From positions 1 through 64,000 of the forward strand of contig JASVEC010000013.1 in the NCBI GenBank assembly GCA_030770535.1: a stretch of 64,000 bases of DNA, given 5' to 3'. Origin of the DNA: Batkoa obscura (taxonomy: Eukaryota). The notes below the pieces were generated by a model, which ran no database searches, had not been told where the DNA came from, and worked only from the letters and a program-made list of their open reading frames with translations. Below are positions 1-11,599 of the stretch, one piece after another; position 1 is the stretch's first letter; each line of letters starts with the position of its first letter. Position numbers and translations under genes: made by a program.

Positions 1-792
1 AAACCTAACCCTAACCCTAACCCTAACCCTAACCCTAACCCTAACCCTAACCCTAACCCTAACCCTAACCCTAACCCTAACCCTAACCCTAACCCTAACC
101 CTAACCCTAACCCTAACCCTAACCCTAACCCTAACCCTAACCCTAACCCTAACCCTAACCCTAACCCTAACCCTAACCCTAACCCTAACCCTAACCCTAA
201 CCCTAACCCTAACCCTAACCCTAACCCTAACCCTAACCCTAACCCTAACCCTAACCCTAACCCTAACCCTAACCCTAACCCTAACCCTAACCCTAACCCT
301 AACCCTAACCCTAACCCTAACCCTAACCCTAACCCTAACCCTAACCCTAACCCTAACCCTAACCCTAACCCTAACCCTAACCCTAACCCTAACCCTAACC
401 CTAACCCTAACCCTAACCCTAACCCTAACCCTAACCCTAACCCTAACCCTAACCCTAACCCTAACCCTAACCCTAACCCTAACCCTAACCCTAACCCTAA
501 CCCTAACCCTAACCCTAACCCTAACCCTAACCCTAACCCTAACCCTAACCCTAACCCTAACCCTAACCCTAACCCTAACCCTAACCCTAACCCTAACCCT
601 AACCCTAACCCTAACCCTAACCCTAACCCTAACCCTAACCCTAACCCTAACCCTAACCCTAACCCTAACCCTAACCCTAACCCTAACCCTAACCCTAACC
701 CTAACCCTAACCCTAACCCTAACCCTAACCCTAACCCTAACCCTAACCCTAACCCTAACCCTAACCCTAACCCTAACCCTAACCCTAACCCT
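1..792. repeat. Telomeric repeat array (CCCTAA)n / (TTAGGG)n, ~132 units; left chromosome end
   Basis: Uninterrupted CCCTAA tandem from window start to ...AACCCT at 792. Confidence 0.99.
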
Positions 793-1256
793 TGTGAAAT
801 ATTGCTTTGTCAGCCCCATGGTTAATTATATCATAATAATCGCCTAAGCCGTCGTGTTCTCTACTATAGAGACAATTAGTCCCATGCTCTTAGTTTGATT
901 TGCTATGAGAATTTCTAGCTCCATCCCAAAGAATATTATCTTCTGATTTTGATATTTATACTTTTCAGAGTATAAAAGAGATTTTAGAGTATAACAGTTC
1001 GAGGCTTTTTGACTGAATTAATCCCTGATATCTCGAACATTTAATAAACCCACTAAGTTTTCTTAATAGTATTTTACATAGATTCTACATTAGCATTGTC
1101 TATTCTATTTGTCTTATATAGCTTGTAACCTATTACGTGCTATTCCTCATAATCCAAGTCTATCTTAGTCACATAAACTAAGACCTTTCGACTTATAGTG
1201 TAGTTAACCCAGCAATAGCTGTTCTTGATTCCAAACCCTGAGTACCAGATTTCACA
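793..1256 (+). mobile_element. Solo LTR-like element, copy 1 (464 bp), directly abutting the telomere
   Basis: Termini TGTGAAAT...ATTTCACA (TG..CA inverted ends). Internal TATAAAA (~971) and AATAAA (~1043). Collinear with 31615-32110 (shared GAGTATAAAAGAGATT, TCGAGGCTTTTT, AAACTAAGACCTTTCGACT, CTGAGTACCA). Confidence 0.8.
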
Positions 1257-1481
1257 GTATTTTATTTAATCATTTATAAGCTAAAAAATATTAGCTTTAA
1301 TAACTAATAGATTTACAAATAAATAAAATAATATGTAATAGTTAAGCAAACTATGTAAAAAAAAGTAATGACTTATATAAAACTAACAAAAAACATGATC
1401 AAAAAACAAAATTTAAAGAAAAGGATTATTATATTAAAAAGTCTTCTTTTTATATTTATTAAATAAAGCTTGTAAGCATAT

Positions 1482-1579
1482 AAGGGGCGTTTTTTAGCTT
1501 TATCATTTTTTCCATTTTTTGAATGCTATTTGAGTGGAAAAATTGTTAGTAAAATTCTTAAATAAAAAAATACATCTCT
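1482..1579 (-). mobile_element. ~98-bp MITE family A copy (Sola-like)
   Basis: Diverged match to family consensus; ATAT on both flanks. Confidence 0.8.
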
Positions 1580-1585
1580 ATATAT

Positions 1586-1687
1586 GAGAGGGAATGTTTT
1601 TTTAACTTCATTATTTTTTCCATTTTTAAGCGCTATTCTAAGCGGAAATTTTATTAGCAAATTCCTTAAATACAAAAATACGTCCCC
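1586..1687 (-). mobile_element. MITE family A copy
   Basis: GAGAG...CCCC termini, ATAT on both flanks. Confidence 0.85.
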
Positions 1688-1702
1688 ATATTTTATTTGT
1701 AA

Positions 1703-1746
1703 ATATTCAATTATTCAATTATTCAATTATTCAATTATTTAATTAT
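1703..1746. repeat. Short 8-bp tandem repeat (TTATTCAA)n
   Basis: About 5 units visible. Confidence 0.7.
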
Positions 1747-1762
1747 TTTCTATTTAATATAT

Positions 1763-1965
1763 GAGAGTGTTTTTTTTGACTTCATTGTTTTTTCCATTTT
1801 TTAAGCGCTATTTAAGCAGAAAATATGGGGGGATGTATTTTTGTGTTTAAGGATTTTGCTAATAACTTTTCCACTCAAACAGTGCTTAAAAGATGGAAAA
1901 AGTAATGAAGCCAAAAAAACATCCCCATATGTTAATAAAATTCTTAACCACAAAAATACATCTCC
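1763..1965 (-). mobile_element. MITE family A copy split by a nested copy
   Basis: First part 1763-1826, remainder 1931-1965; ATAT flanks. Confidence 0.85.
1827..1926 (+). mobile_element. MITE family A copy nested in opposite orientation inside another copy
   Basis: GGGG...CCCC termini with ATAT duplication at 1823-1826 and 1927-1930. Confidence 0.9.
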
Positions 1966-2605
1966 ATATAGTGTTATTTTTTAATTACTTTTTAATTTTT
2001 TCATTGTCTATTATAACATAAAAAATTTCAACTACAACAATAAGTATTTTCTATAAAAAAAGCAAGAGTCATTATAGTAAAAAAAATTGATGTTGTAATT
2101 CTATATCTCTGTGATTAATGTTTAACCAAAACTTAATTATTTATAAAACACTTATAAACTCTTATTTTAAACTCAATTGGAAATTCCTATCATCAGTCAG
2201 ATTTATAGCAGTGTAATTATTATATTTATTAAGCTATCATAAATTTTTGTGTTTTTATATAAAAGCCTTTAAAATATTTAACAGAGAACGTTTTCTATTA
2301 TAATAGCTTTCTCATCAAAAAACTATAACATTATTTATAAAAATATATGAAACCTTAGTAACGTGGTAATTTTACTCCTAAAAATAATGAAAATGTGATT
2401 TATTATTCTCTCCCCTATATAAAAATCAACCCTTGAGTTTTTAAAGTATCAAAAGTTACTAATTTAAGCTAAGCGATCTATATGTGATGTTTAGTATGAT
2501 TTGCTATTATTATCTATCTCAAGGTCGTTAGCATCATTAAATTATTATTTTAAGCAAAATTTCAATATTCTTTTAAACATAAAATATTAAAAAGCAATAA
2601 ATATT

Positions 2606-3084
2606 TTATTGATTTGCATGATACTGAATACGAAGAAGGACTTCTCCGCGGTTTTTAGAACCTTTACCAACGCCATACCAAGACTCAGTAAATCCATTTT
2701 GAACTAATCCTTGAATAGGGATGGTAGCCTCACCGATTTTATCATCAATAAGGGTATCTTTATCGTAAATAGAAACCTCGACTTCACTATCATCTTTAAT
2801 TGGGCTAAATGGTAGTTTAATTAATGTTATTTAAATATGAAATACTATTACAATTCGAAAGTTTCATTCCATTGAGCACTGCTTCCTGCACCCTTAATTA
2901 CTTGACTCTTTTCTTTTTTGTGGTTACACTTGATAATGACATAAGCATCATTTTTTCCAACTAAAGTAGTATCTTCGTTGTGAAGATTCCTTCCTTCAAC
3001 TTCTCAAATTAATACTTGTTGTTTATATAAAAAGATAGAGCTACCTAAGGTGATTTGTAATTTTCCAATTTCCTTTCCAAACAT
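2606..3084 (-). CDS. Small single C2-domain protein (~130 aa, 3 exons; absent from ORF track)
   Basis: Manual splicing gives MFGKEIGKLQITLVEGRNLHNEDTTLVGKNDAYVIIKCNHKKEKSQVIKGAGSSAQWNETFEFPIKDDSEVEVSIYDKDTLIDDKIGEATIPIQGLVQNGFTESWYGVGKGSKNRGEVLLRIQYHANQ*; typical C2 motifs (WNETF, YDKD..DD.IG); two GT-AG introns. Confidence 0.85.
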
Positions 3085-3300
3085 TTTTAATAATAATCAA
3101 TCCATCTTTTTAGTCTTATTTATATGTTTGCCTTGGTGACATCACTATTAGTCGTTCTTTGTTCATAATATTGATGACGTTGAGTTATAAATTAATAAAC
3201 TATTTTTAGAATTTATTTTTTGCATACTTTAGTTATTTCAAAGTTGTGCTAAAGTTTTTATTTAATTTTTGTTTAGAACTGTACATAAATCATAAAAAAG

Positions 3301-3916
3301 ATGAAAGAATCAAAGAATTTATTTATTACAGTTGGATCCACACAATTCGAATCACTTATACATCATTTATTGAATAAAGAGGTGCTTTCATTATTATTCA
3401 ATAATCATTTTGAGACAGTTAATTTACAAGTTGGGAATACTAAAGTTAATCAAAATGAATTACTAAAATTAAAAAATGAGTTTAAAAATAAAATGACAAT
3501 TAATTTATTTGATTTTAATCAAAGCCTTACTCACTTTTACAGAGAAGCGGACTTTGTTATTTCTCATGCAGGTAATATAAAATAAATACAATATTTAATT
3601 TTAATACTTATTATAATAGGCTCTGGTTCTATTATTGAAGCTTTACGATTAAAAAAGAAGTTATTAGTAGTGGTCAATAATAAATTAATGGATAATCATC
3701 AAAAAGAGTTGGCTATTGAAATGAAAAAAAACAATTATTCATTTATATGTGAACCAGAGTAAATTTATCGATTTTTTTTTATTAATACTAATATTACTAT
3801 CTAGAACCTTAAAAACATTCTTTCTAAGTTTTGATGAGTATTCTACTTTTAGTTTAGAGCCGTTTCCAGATAAAAGAACAGGTGCCTTTCAGGAGATGTT
3901 AAATACCATTCTATAA
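3301..3916 (+). CDS. ALG13: UDP-GlcNAc transferase catalytic subunit ALG13 (3 exons)
   Basis: FITVGST.F..LI, VISHAG|SGSIIEAL, VVVNNKLMDNHQKELA; introns ~3572-3619 and ~3759-3804. Confidence 0.92.
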
Positions 3917-3927
3917 AAAAACACCAT

Positions 3928-6607
3928 TTATTTTTTCTTTTCATATGAATAAAATGGTCTAACTCTACCCCATGCTATAATTGGCGAATCAAATAGGATT
4001 TGATTTATGTTAGCACCAACACCTTTATCTATTGATTCTAGCATCAGATTTGATTCCACAGCTTTAATTTTATCATTCATTGTTCCTATAGTAGCATGAA
4101 GATACTTTTGAGTAACTTGTAAAGCATCTGGTTTTTTATTATTATTAATATATATTTTATCACCATAAAGCTCACTATCATCCTTAGGAAGATACCTTAT
4201 TTCTTTTACAGATAAACACATGACTTTATTCTCTTCCCATATTAATTTATCGAATATTACTATGACACCTTTCCCAATCCATTCTTTTATTTGTTCATCA
4301 TTGAGATAGTCTTGTACTATTAACTCATTGTCTTTGCTATTGTTAAATGCTAAAGTGACATGTAATAAGGATGGCATATCGTTGTTAAACCTTTTGTTAG
4401 AAAAGGATTTGGTAATGAATTGAAATGCTTTTTTACTAATATCTTTATCCTTATTATGCGACACCAGCTTATTTTTAAGTATTTCCAAAATATTTTCACC
4501 TAAAGATATCCCAATATACTTTAAAGGATATTTTGAATTAAGAGAATATTCTTTTCCATTACTTTCACTGATCAAGCATTCTTTTAACAATTGACCAACT
4601 TGATTTAAATCTGGTAATTGCGATAATAATAATTTTGGTGGATTCTCTATTTCATTTATTACAGGTATGACTTTGTCTAAGATTTGATTTTCTATTGGTT
4701 TTGTTAAGTCAATACTAATAAGTTTATGATAAGTGTTATCTATCAAATTTGATTCTGAATCAATACTTTCAAAGCTATTAATAAAATTCCACATAATTTT
4801 TTCCATTTCCAATGTTCCTTTTGGTGTCAATTTTTGGTGATTATTCCCTCGTTGAAGTATTCTATGATAAGTAAAACTAAAGTAATCTGAAATTGAAAAG
4901 TCATGATTGTTTTCATCAATGTTCCATTGAAGTGGGATAATTATTGCATTTGGATATTTTTCTAAAATTGGTGTTAAAACTTTTTCTCTTAATTCGACAG
5001 TTTGATTATTTCTATCTGCAATAATATGGTCAAATGTTTTAAGTGCATTTAATACCTCTCTACAGAATGCGTTGCCATCTTTATAATCATCGCTTTGAAT
5101 ATGATGAAAATTGAATATTTTACTGATACATTTTGAAACAACTGTTTTACCACTTCCTATTGTTGCTACTGGTAAAACAATCACCTTTTTCTTATTTTCC
5201 TCGTTACTTACTTGATCTTCTTTCTTAAAATTATCATCTAAAGTACAGCCCGTATCTTTAAAAAATGCTTCTCTAGATTCAATTATACCTTGCCAGTCCA
5301 AATAATCTTTAAATAGTTTAGGATCACTAACTGTCTTTGATTGAAGCCATTTGAAATAAGCTCTAGATAACGGGTACCTTTGACGAAATGTAAACTTCTT
5401 TTTGGAATCTTTATTTGCTTTGAGGTATTTAAATGTAATTTCTCTCCATTCTCTATACATTAAATATGGATAATCGTATTTTATTTTAAAAAAACAATGC
5501 TTTGTATTTGAGCTACGAACTACAAATCCTTCTATTGCTCTACCTTTATAAATTCCATTGCATTCTTCCCCAAACTGTTTAACTTCATCGATCTTATCTT
5601 TAATAATATAGTCAACAGGAATAAACCCGAAAAAAATTGCTACTTTAGTAACACATTCACTTGGCCATGTAACTAATTGTAATCTATTAAAATTAATTCC
5701 ATGTAAATATAATCCAGATTCATGAGGTGGATAAGGCAACACATGTTCTTGGAATTGATCATCACATAACTATAATAAACTGTTAGAATAACCATAATTT
5801 ATAAACAATAAACGGTACCTCGAAAATCAAAGTAATATCGAAAAGTTTTAAAAACTTTAATAAATTATTTAACTCATTGCCACTTTTTTTTAAATGCTTT
5901 TTAATCCAATAAATTCCCATTTGATGATGTGCTATTTTAATATTATTCAAATCTATTTTATTTGTGCTTTCATCCAAGCTTAATTCTTCGAGTTGTTTAA
6001 GTATCCCATCAATATTATCTTCTTTGGAACCTATACTATTCTTCGATGCTACCAATAACCTATCATGTTTATTTAATCTATCGCCTAATTCAAATGACTG
6101 TTCGTTAAAATTAGTGGCATAAATTATACATCCATTTTCTTTAGTGGTAATTTCATAAGGTCCAGTTATATTATTTTTCAAAGAATCCCAGGATGTGAAA
6201 GGTGTTTCGTTGATATTAAAAAATTTATCATACCCTCTTAAAACAACTTTATAATCATCATCGCTATAGTTTGTAGTAAATAAAGATCTAGCAAAAACAT
6301 CAGGTATATCAGGTAAACCTTGAATATTAAACTTATCCTTCCCTTTAATAATATTTCGAAAGTAAGTTTCACTTAACCTCCATCCATCAATCTTTACTAT
6401 GTCCTTATTATCCACTTGAGAAATCAACTCAAACTCTTTCTTATTAAGCCATCTTCCTTTACTAGGTTGACTTTTTTGCCAATTAGCGTAATCATCGAAT
6501 ATGCTGATACTTTCACGCTCCTTTGCTCTATCTTTTATAGCTAAGTCAATAAGTCCCGACTTTAATAAATCTTTCTTTATATCTTCAATAAATTTATCAA
6601 ACTCCAT
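3928..6607 (-). CDS. TRL1: Fungal trifunctional tRNA ligase (ligase, kinase, cyclic phosphodiesterase), 2 exons
   Basis: RGYDKFFN, KENG motif I, EGFVVR, FFKIKY, P-loop PVATIGSGKT, ADRNN, CPD LHVTL/HATIGT; intron ~5772-5818. Confidence 0.93.
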
Positions 6608-7147
6608 AATAAAAAACAAAAGAAAACCTAACTTGATTATATATGTCTATACGCAGCAAACTATGATTAATATTTCTTAAGTATTAATACAAAAACATAA
6701 GCTGATTGGTATTATTAAAAGCAAAGTCAAATATTAAAACAATAATAACAATTAATAAGTGATCCAATGTGATTATACGATTATAAAATTATATTAGATT
6801 TAACAAGGATTTTAAATGATATAATTTTTTGTAAATTGCTATCAAAAAATTATCAGACATTCTTTATTGTAAAATACATTTAGATGGAATATATAATTAT
6901 AATATAACTGTGTTAGAGTATTATTAAAATCATATAGACAAATATGTTTTGAATCATTTCAATTAAAACATTATATTGTACATTTATTAGTTACAACGAT
7001 AGTGTTTATCTCAAGCACAATGAATATTCAATTTCATAGGTTACACTCACAAGTTTAAAATTTTGTCTATATATAGTAAACTTTTTAACATGTTAAACAC
7101 AATATTTTAATTTAAATAATTATGAATTGTAAACTAGTTTTGTTAAG

Positions 7148-8689
7148 ATGGAAGCCCCAACACTACAAAAATTGATATGGATTTCAATAAACCCAATAAT
7201 GCAATTATTATTAGTAGGAGGTAATAAAAATATATCCTTAATCTGCTATCATTTATTATCTTAAAAGGTATTGGCGTATGGCTTGCTCGTTCTAAGATCT
7301 TGACACCAGTAGGGGCTAAAATAATGTCACAAGTATATATAAACGCATTAGTACCTTCTCTAATGTTTAGTAAAATGTCAGTTGCAGTGAACCCTGATTC
7401 ATTAAGACGCATGGCGTAAATATAAAATAGTATATATTATTTATCATTTTAATGTATACCATTAGTGTTGTTGTTCCATTTGTGTTCATTTATATGGGAA
7501 TCGGCTTAATAGGTGGCATTATAGTCCGTAGACTATTTCAAAAAAGATTACCAGATACATTTAATTATACTTTAATAGGTAATATATAGCACATGATGAA
7601 TATATTTATATTTATAAATGCTTGTATCGATATGTATAACGTACTAATATCGATATTGTAGTTGCTTCCACTTGGTCTAACTGGGTATTTTATTATTGTA
7701 ATATCCTTAACCTTTTTTTAATATCTTTAGGGCGATATTCCTTTAGCAGTAATTTTAAATTTTACTAGCTTACCGCCCTTTGAGCCAAAAGACGGTGATC
7801 TTGGTGTCGCTTATGTGTCGGTATTTTTAATTATATTTACTGTTACATTATTCCCGCTTGGCGGACATAAACTTGTTGAAAAAGACTTTAAAGATAATAA
7901 ACAAGATGTTGAAATTATGAATTCAAAAGTAGAAGAACAAGAAGTTGTTGAATATACTTTAACTAATATAAGTAATGATCACAATGAGTACATTAATGAT
8001 AACAATAATGAGCAGATAAATCAATACAATAAAAGTCAAACTACTATTGATCTTGGTATAAAGGCAAAGTTTTATAAAATAATGGCAAAAATTTCAGCCA
8101 TTGTAATAGCTATAGCGACCCCAGTAAATATAGGGATTATATCCGGTTTAATCGTTGGTTTAACTCCATTGAAGCCAATATTTGTTCCTTTTAAAGATAA
8201 TCCATACAATGTAGTTGGTATTAGTCCACCATTATATGTGATATTTACAACTACACAATTCCTTGGTGGAGCATGTATTCCAATTGGGTTATTAAATTTA
8301 GGTGCTGGTTTAGCTACTTTAGAAATTAAAAGTGTACCAATAAATCTGACTTTGGTTGTAGCCTTTATTAAACTTATACTTACCCCATTAGTTGGTATTT
8401 TTCTATAGAATTTGTAATATTCAATAATTAAATTCATTTTTTAGGCATTCCTTTAGTCAAACTATGCATTACTTTAGATTGGATTTCAAAAGAAGAAAAG
8501 GTGCTTCAATTAGTTTTAATGTTTGCTTCTTGCGTACCATCTGCAACAACCACACTTATTTTAACGCAATACTATAACCCAACTGGAGAAGCAAGGCACA
8601 TTTCTTCATTATTAGTTATACAATACGGGCTAGGGTTTTTTACAATGATAATTGCATTGGGTGTATCTAACTATTTGATCTTCACTTGA
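7148..8689 (+). CDS. Auxin-efflux-carrier (PILS/ECM3-like) membrane transporter, multi-exon
   Basis: MEAPTLQKLIWISIKPIMQLLLVG.., YINALVPSLMFSKM, WSNWGDIPL, FLGGACIPIGLLNLGAGL, KLILTPLVG, CVPSATT; several short introns. Confidence 0.82.
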
Positions 8690-8937
8690 ATAAAAATGTT
8701 TTATGACTGTAATTTGTTATTTTTGTTATCTAATTGTTTGATTTTATTTATCATAATAAATAACTATAAATATAAATAAATCAATAGATTTTAAATTCAA
8801 TTATCTTATTATATCACATAAACTATAGACATTATACTTAAACATTTGTATAATATTGTACTGTATTATATATACATTTAAATTTATAATAAATAAATAT
8901 TACTTTTATATATTTTTTTGTTTTTAATCAAATAGGT

Positions 8938-9621
8938 TTACTCTGATGCTGGGCTGGGAATGGGATAATAGTTTTTCTTTGCTTCTTGGACAAGTTCTTT
9001 TTGTTGCTTACGCTTTTCCATATTTTCTGGGCTTTCTAAGAACTGCTCTCTACGTTTTAACCATTCTTCTCCAGTTTCTCCTTGATACACGCCTACTAAA
9101 CTATCACCACAGAACCCATATAACCACATAGCTGAGCCAGCTGCAAAAGCCCCAAAAGCAACTTTTCCAATTCTTTGGGCTTAAAAAAAATTAAAAATGA
9201 ATAAACATTAATAAACTATTAAACATACAACGTGCGCCTGCAATGGCACCTGCAACTGCTCCCCCTATAGCCTTATTCCAATGATCATCTTTTTCTCTGA
9301 TTGATTGAGCAAAACAAGTAGTAGCAGCAAAAGCCACCCCGGTTACACCTAAATTAAATGAATTAATTACCAATCTTAAAATATTATTGCTTCTTTAATA
9401 ATTTGATCAATTTATCTCAAGACTTCTTTGGTATTTTTTATACATAATTTATATAATGTACCATAATATCCAATATCACCACCAGTACGAGTGAAAACTC
9501 CTAAAGCACCAGCATTATGAACTTGAACTGCATTTTTATAAGCACTAACTAAGAATCCAAAAGCAGAGAACTTAAGGCCTGTTTCACCAGCATAACTTAA
9601 ACAAGATTTGTCGCCTGCCAT
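8938..9621 (-). CDS. NDUFA11: Complex I subunit NDUFA11/NUJM (21.3 kDa; Tim17/22/23 family), 3 exons
   Basis: LVSAYKNAVQVHNAGALGVFTRTGG, SIREKDDHWNKAIGGAVAGAIAGAR. Confidence 0.8.
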
Positions 9622-10075
9622 TTTAATTTCTTTCTTAATAACTTAATATTTAATGTTTTAATTTATAATAAATATAATCTACCTAAAGTAAACTAGATAA
9701 TATTTAAACACGAAGTTACTTCAATTTAATAATATATTTATAAATTAGCCAATTAAATTCCCAAACTGATTTTGTAGAGATTAAAGATAATCAAAAATCT
9801 TATTTCGATAAAATGGGATAATTTAAAATTAAAAATAGACCATTGTATAATCAATACTAATAGTACATGTATACATGATAATAAATATATATTAATAGAT
9901 AATAAAAATGATATAAAAAATTTCCTAAAATATAAAATGATAATTATCACAATGTTTATTATCTTTTATCTTTAATAATAAACTTAAAAATAACAAAGTC
10001 AAATAAAATAAAAATACATTTTGATGTATTTTTATATAGAGAAAAGTCAATTGATATCATTGAACACGGAATCTT

Positions 10076-11240
10076 TCAACTTTTTTTATCAGCTACAACT
10101 ATATGTAAAAAACTATCTGGATACATTAAATGAAGATAAAGCCAGATTAAAGGAGTATTTAATGGCACACTTATACTTTGAATTATTATGTCAAAAGTAT
10201 CCAAATTTCTGCTTATGTTTTGGATATTTACTATATCTTTTAAAATATTATAAACACAATCCCCTATTGTTATTAATTTATCATTTGTTTCTTGGTTTTC
10301 TTCATTTTCTTCAGGATTAAAGGGTGAAATAAGCTCTTGGATTACGCTTGGGTAATCTAAAGTTTTTGAGCTATCAGAATAGTATAATCGAAATGGAATA
10401 TGTTTTGGAAATTCATTATTGTTACTCTCTTTAAAATTTAAACTTAAATCATAGCTATTCAAAGTAGATTGTATATTCCAAAAGGCTTTAAAATCATCTA
10501 AATTTACTTAATTTAATACCTATTTAGCAAAATATTAAAACAGCTTACGAGATATTAAAGATTGCCATAATTGAATATGTTCCTCCTTTGTTAAATTCAT
10601 CACCTTTTTAGTATTTCCGTGCCTTATATAATTTGACTTTAATCTAATTAATATGTTTGCAGTAGTTTATTCAAGTATTCAATTACCTCCTTTATCATTG
10701 ACATAAAATAATCCGAATCTGGTAGTGGATTTTCTGCTGTGAACTTTGCAATACGATATAGTTTGTCCGATGGATAATTACCATACCTTATAACTACCTC
10801 CCAAGTATCCTTCTTTATATTACTTATTTTATCTTTATGAGTCAATAAATCATGTAAAAGACCTACAGGAAAATGCCTATTATGATGAATTTATATTCAC
10901 AATTATCGTATAAATTTAATACCATTTTAAAGGAATACCTTTATACTCTAGCCATATTTCTTCCCAAGAGAAATCCGGATCATCCATGACATTTAAAAAT
11001 ATATAGGTCACAACCTTAAATAAGTTTAAACTAAAATAAGAGATTTTTGGTATTAATGTCTAATAATAATCCGATTTAGTATAACAAAATTAATTTAATT
11101 TAAATTACATAATACTCTTCAAATTCTAAATTTGGAGGGGTAGAAGGTAGGTTTATTTTATCCTCTGTGTTAAATTGGAATATTACAGGTATTTTACTAT
11201 ACCATACCAGTTCCTTAATACTTTCATCATTTGTTAACAT
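10076..11240 (-). CDS. ATG5: Autophagy protein ATG5, multi-exon
   Basis: LVWYSKIPVIF, IWLEYKGIPLKW|HFPVGLLHDLL, YFMSMIKE, HIPFRLY, PLNTPLIWLYLHLMYPDSFLHIVV. Confidence 0.92.
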
Positions 11241-11599
11241 TTTGATTGTTTAAAGATTCATGTTTATCATTTTTTTTAGAAAAATATTAGAACTAAAATA
11301 TGCATAAAATGCGAATTTAGATATAATAGCCAATAACTTTGGACTAAAATTCTGCAAAAGTACGATTTCATTGACCATCATGATATTTCATACTGAAGTT
11401 TAAAATTTATATCAATTTTGTTTCAAAAACTATACTTATAAACTTTCTTTAATAAAAATTATTTTTGTAAAATCATATCATTTTTATTACATTAAACTAA
11501 GTTAAAGGAGAAGACAGTTATATATATAAACATTATTAATTTAAAAAGGATTTCTAGAAAATACGGTTAGCTTAAAAATTATTAAACCATTGCGACAAA

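Noticed and set aside
1482..1965. Clustered ~98-bp repeats considered as a CRISPR-like or ncRNA/SINE array
   Set aside because: Eukaryotic context, mixed orientations, TIRs and TSDs, no regular spacers, no Pol III boxes or A-tail
7143..8437. Minus-strand ORFs 7143-7412 and 8072-8437
   Set aside because: Antisense shadows of the PILS/ECM3-like gene
9753..10320. ORFs 9753-9950(-) and 10021-10320(+)
   Set aside because: AT-rich low-complexity or antisense to ATG5; no motifs
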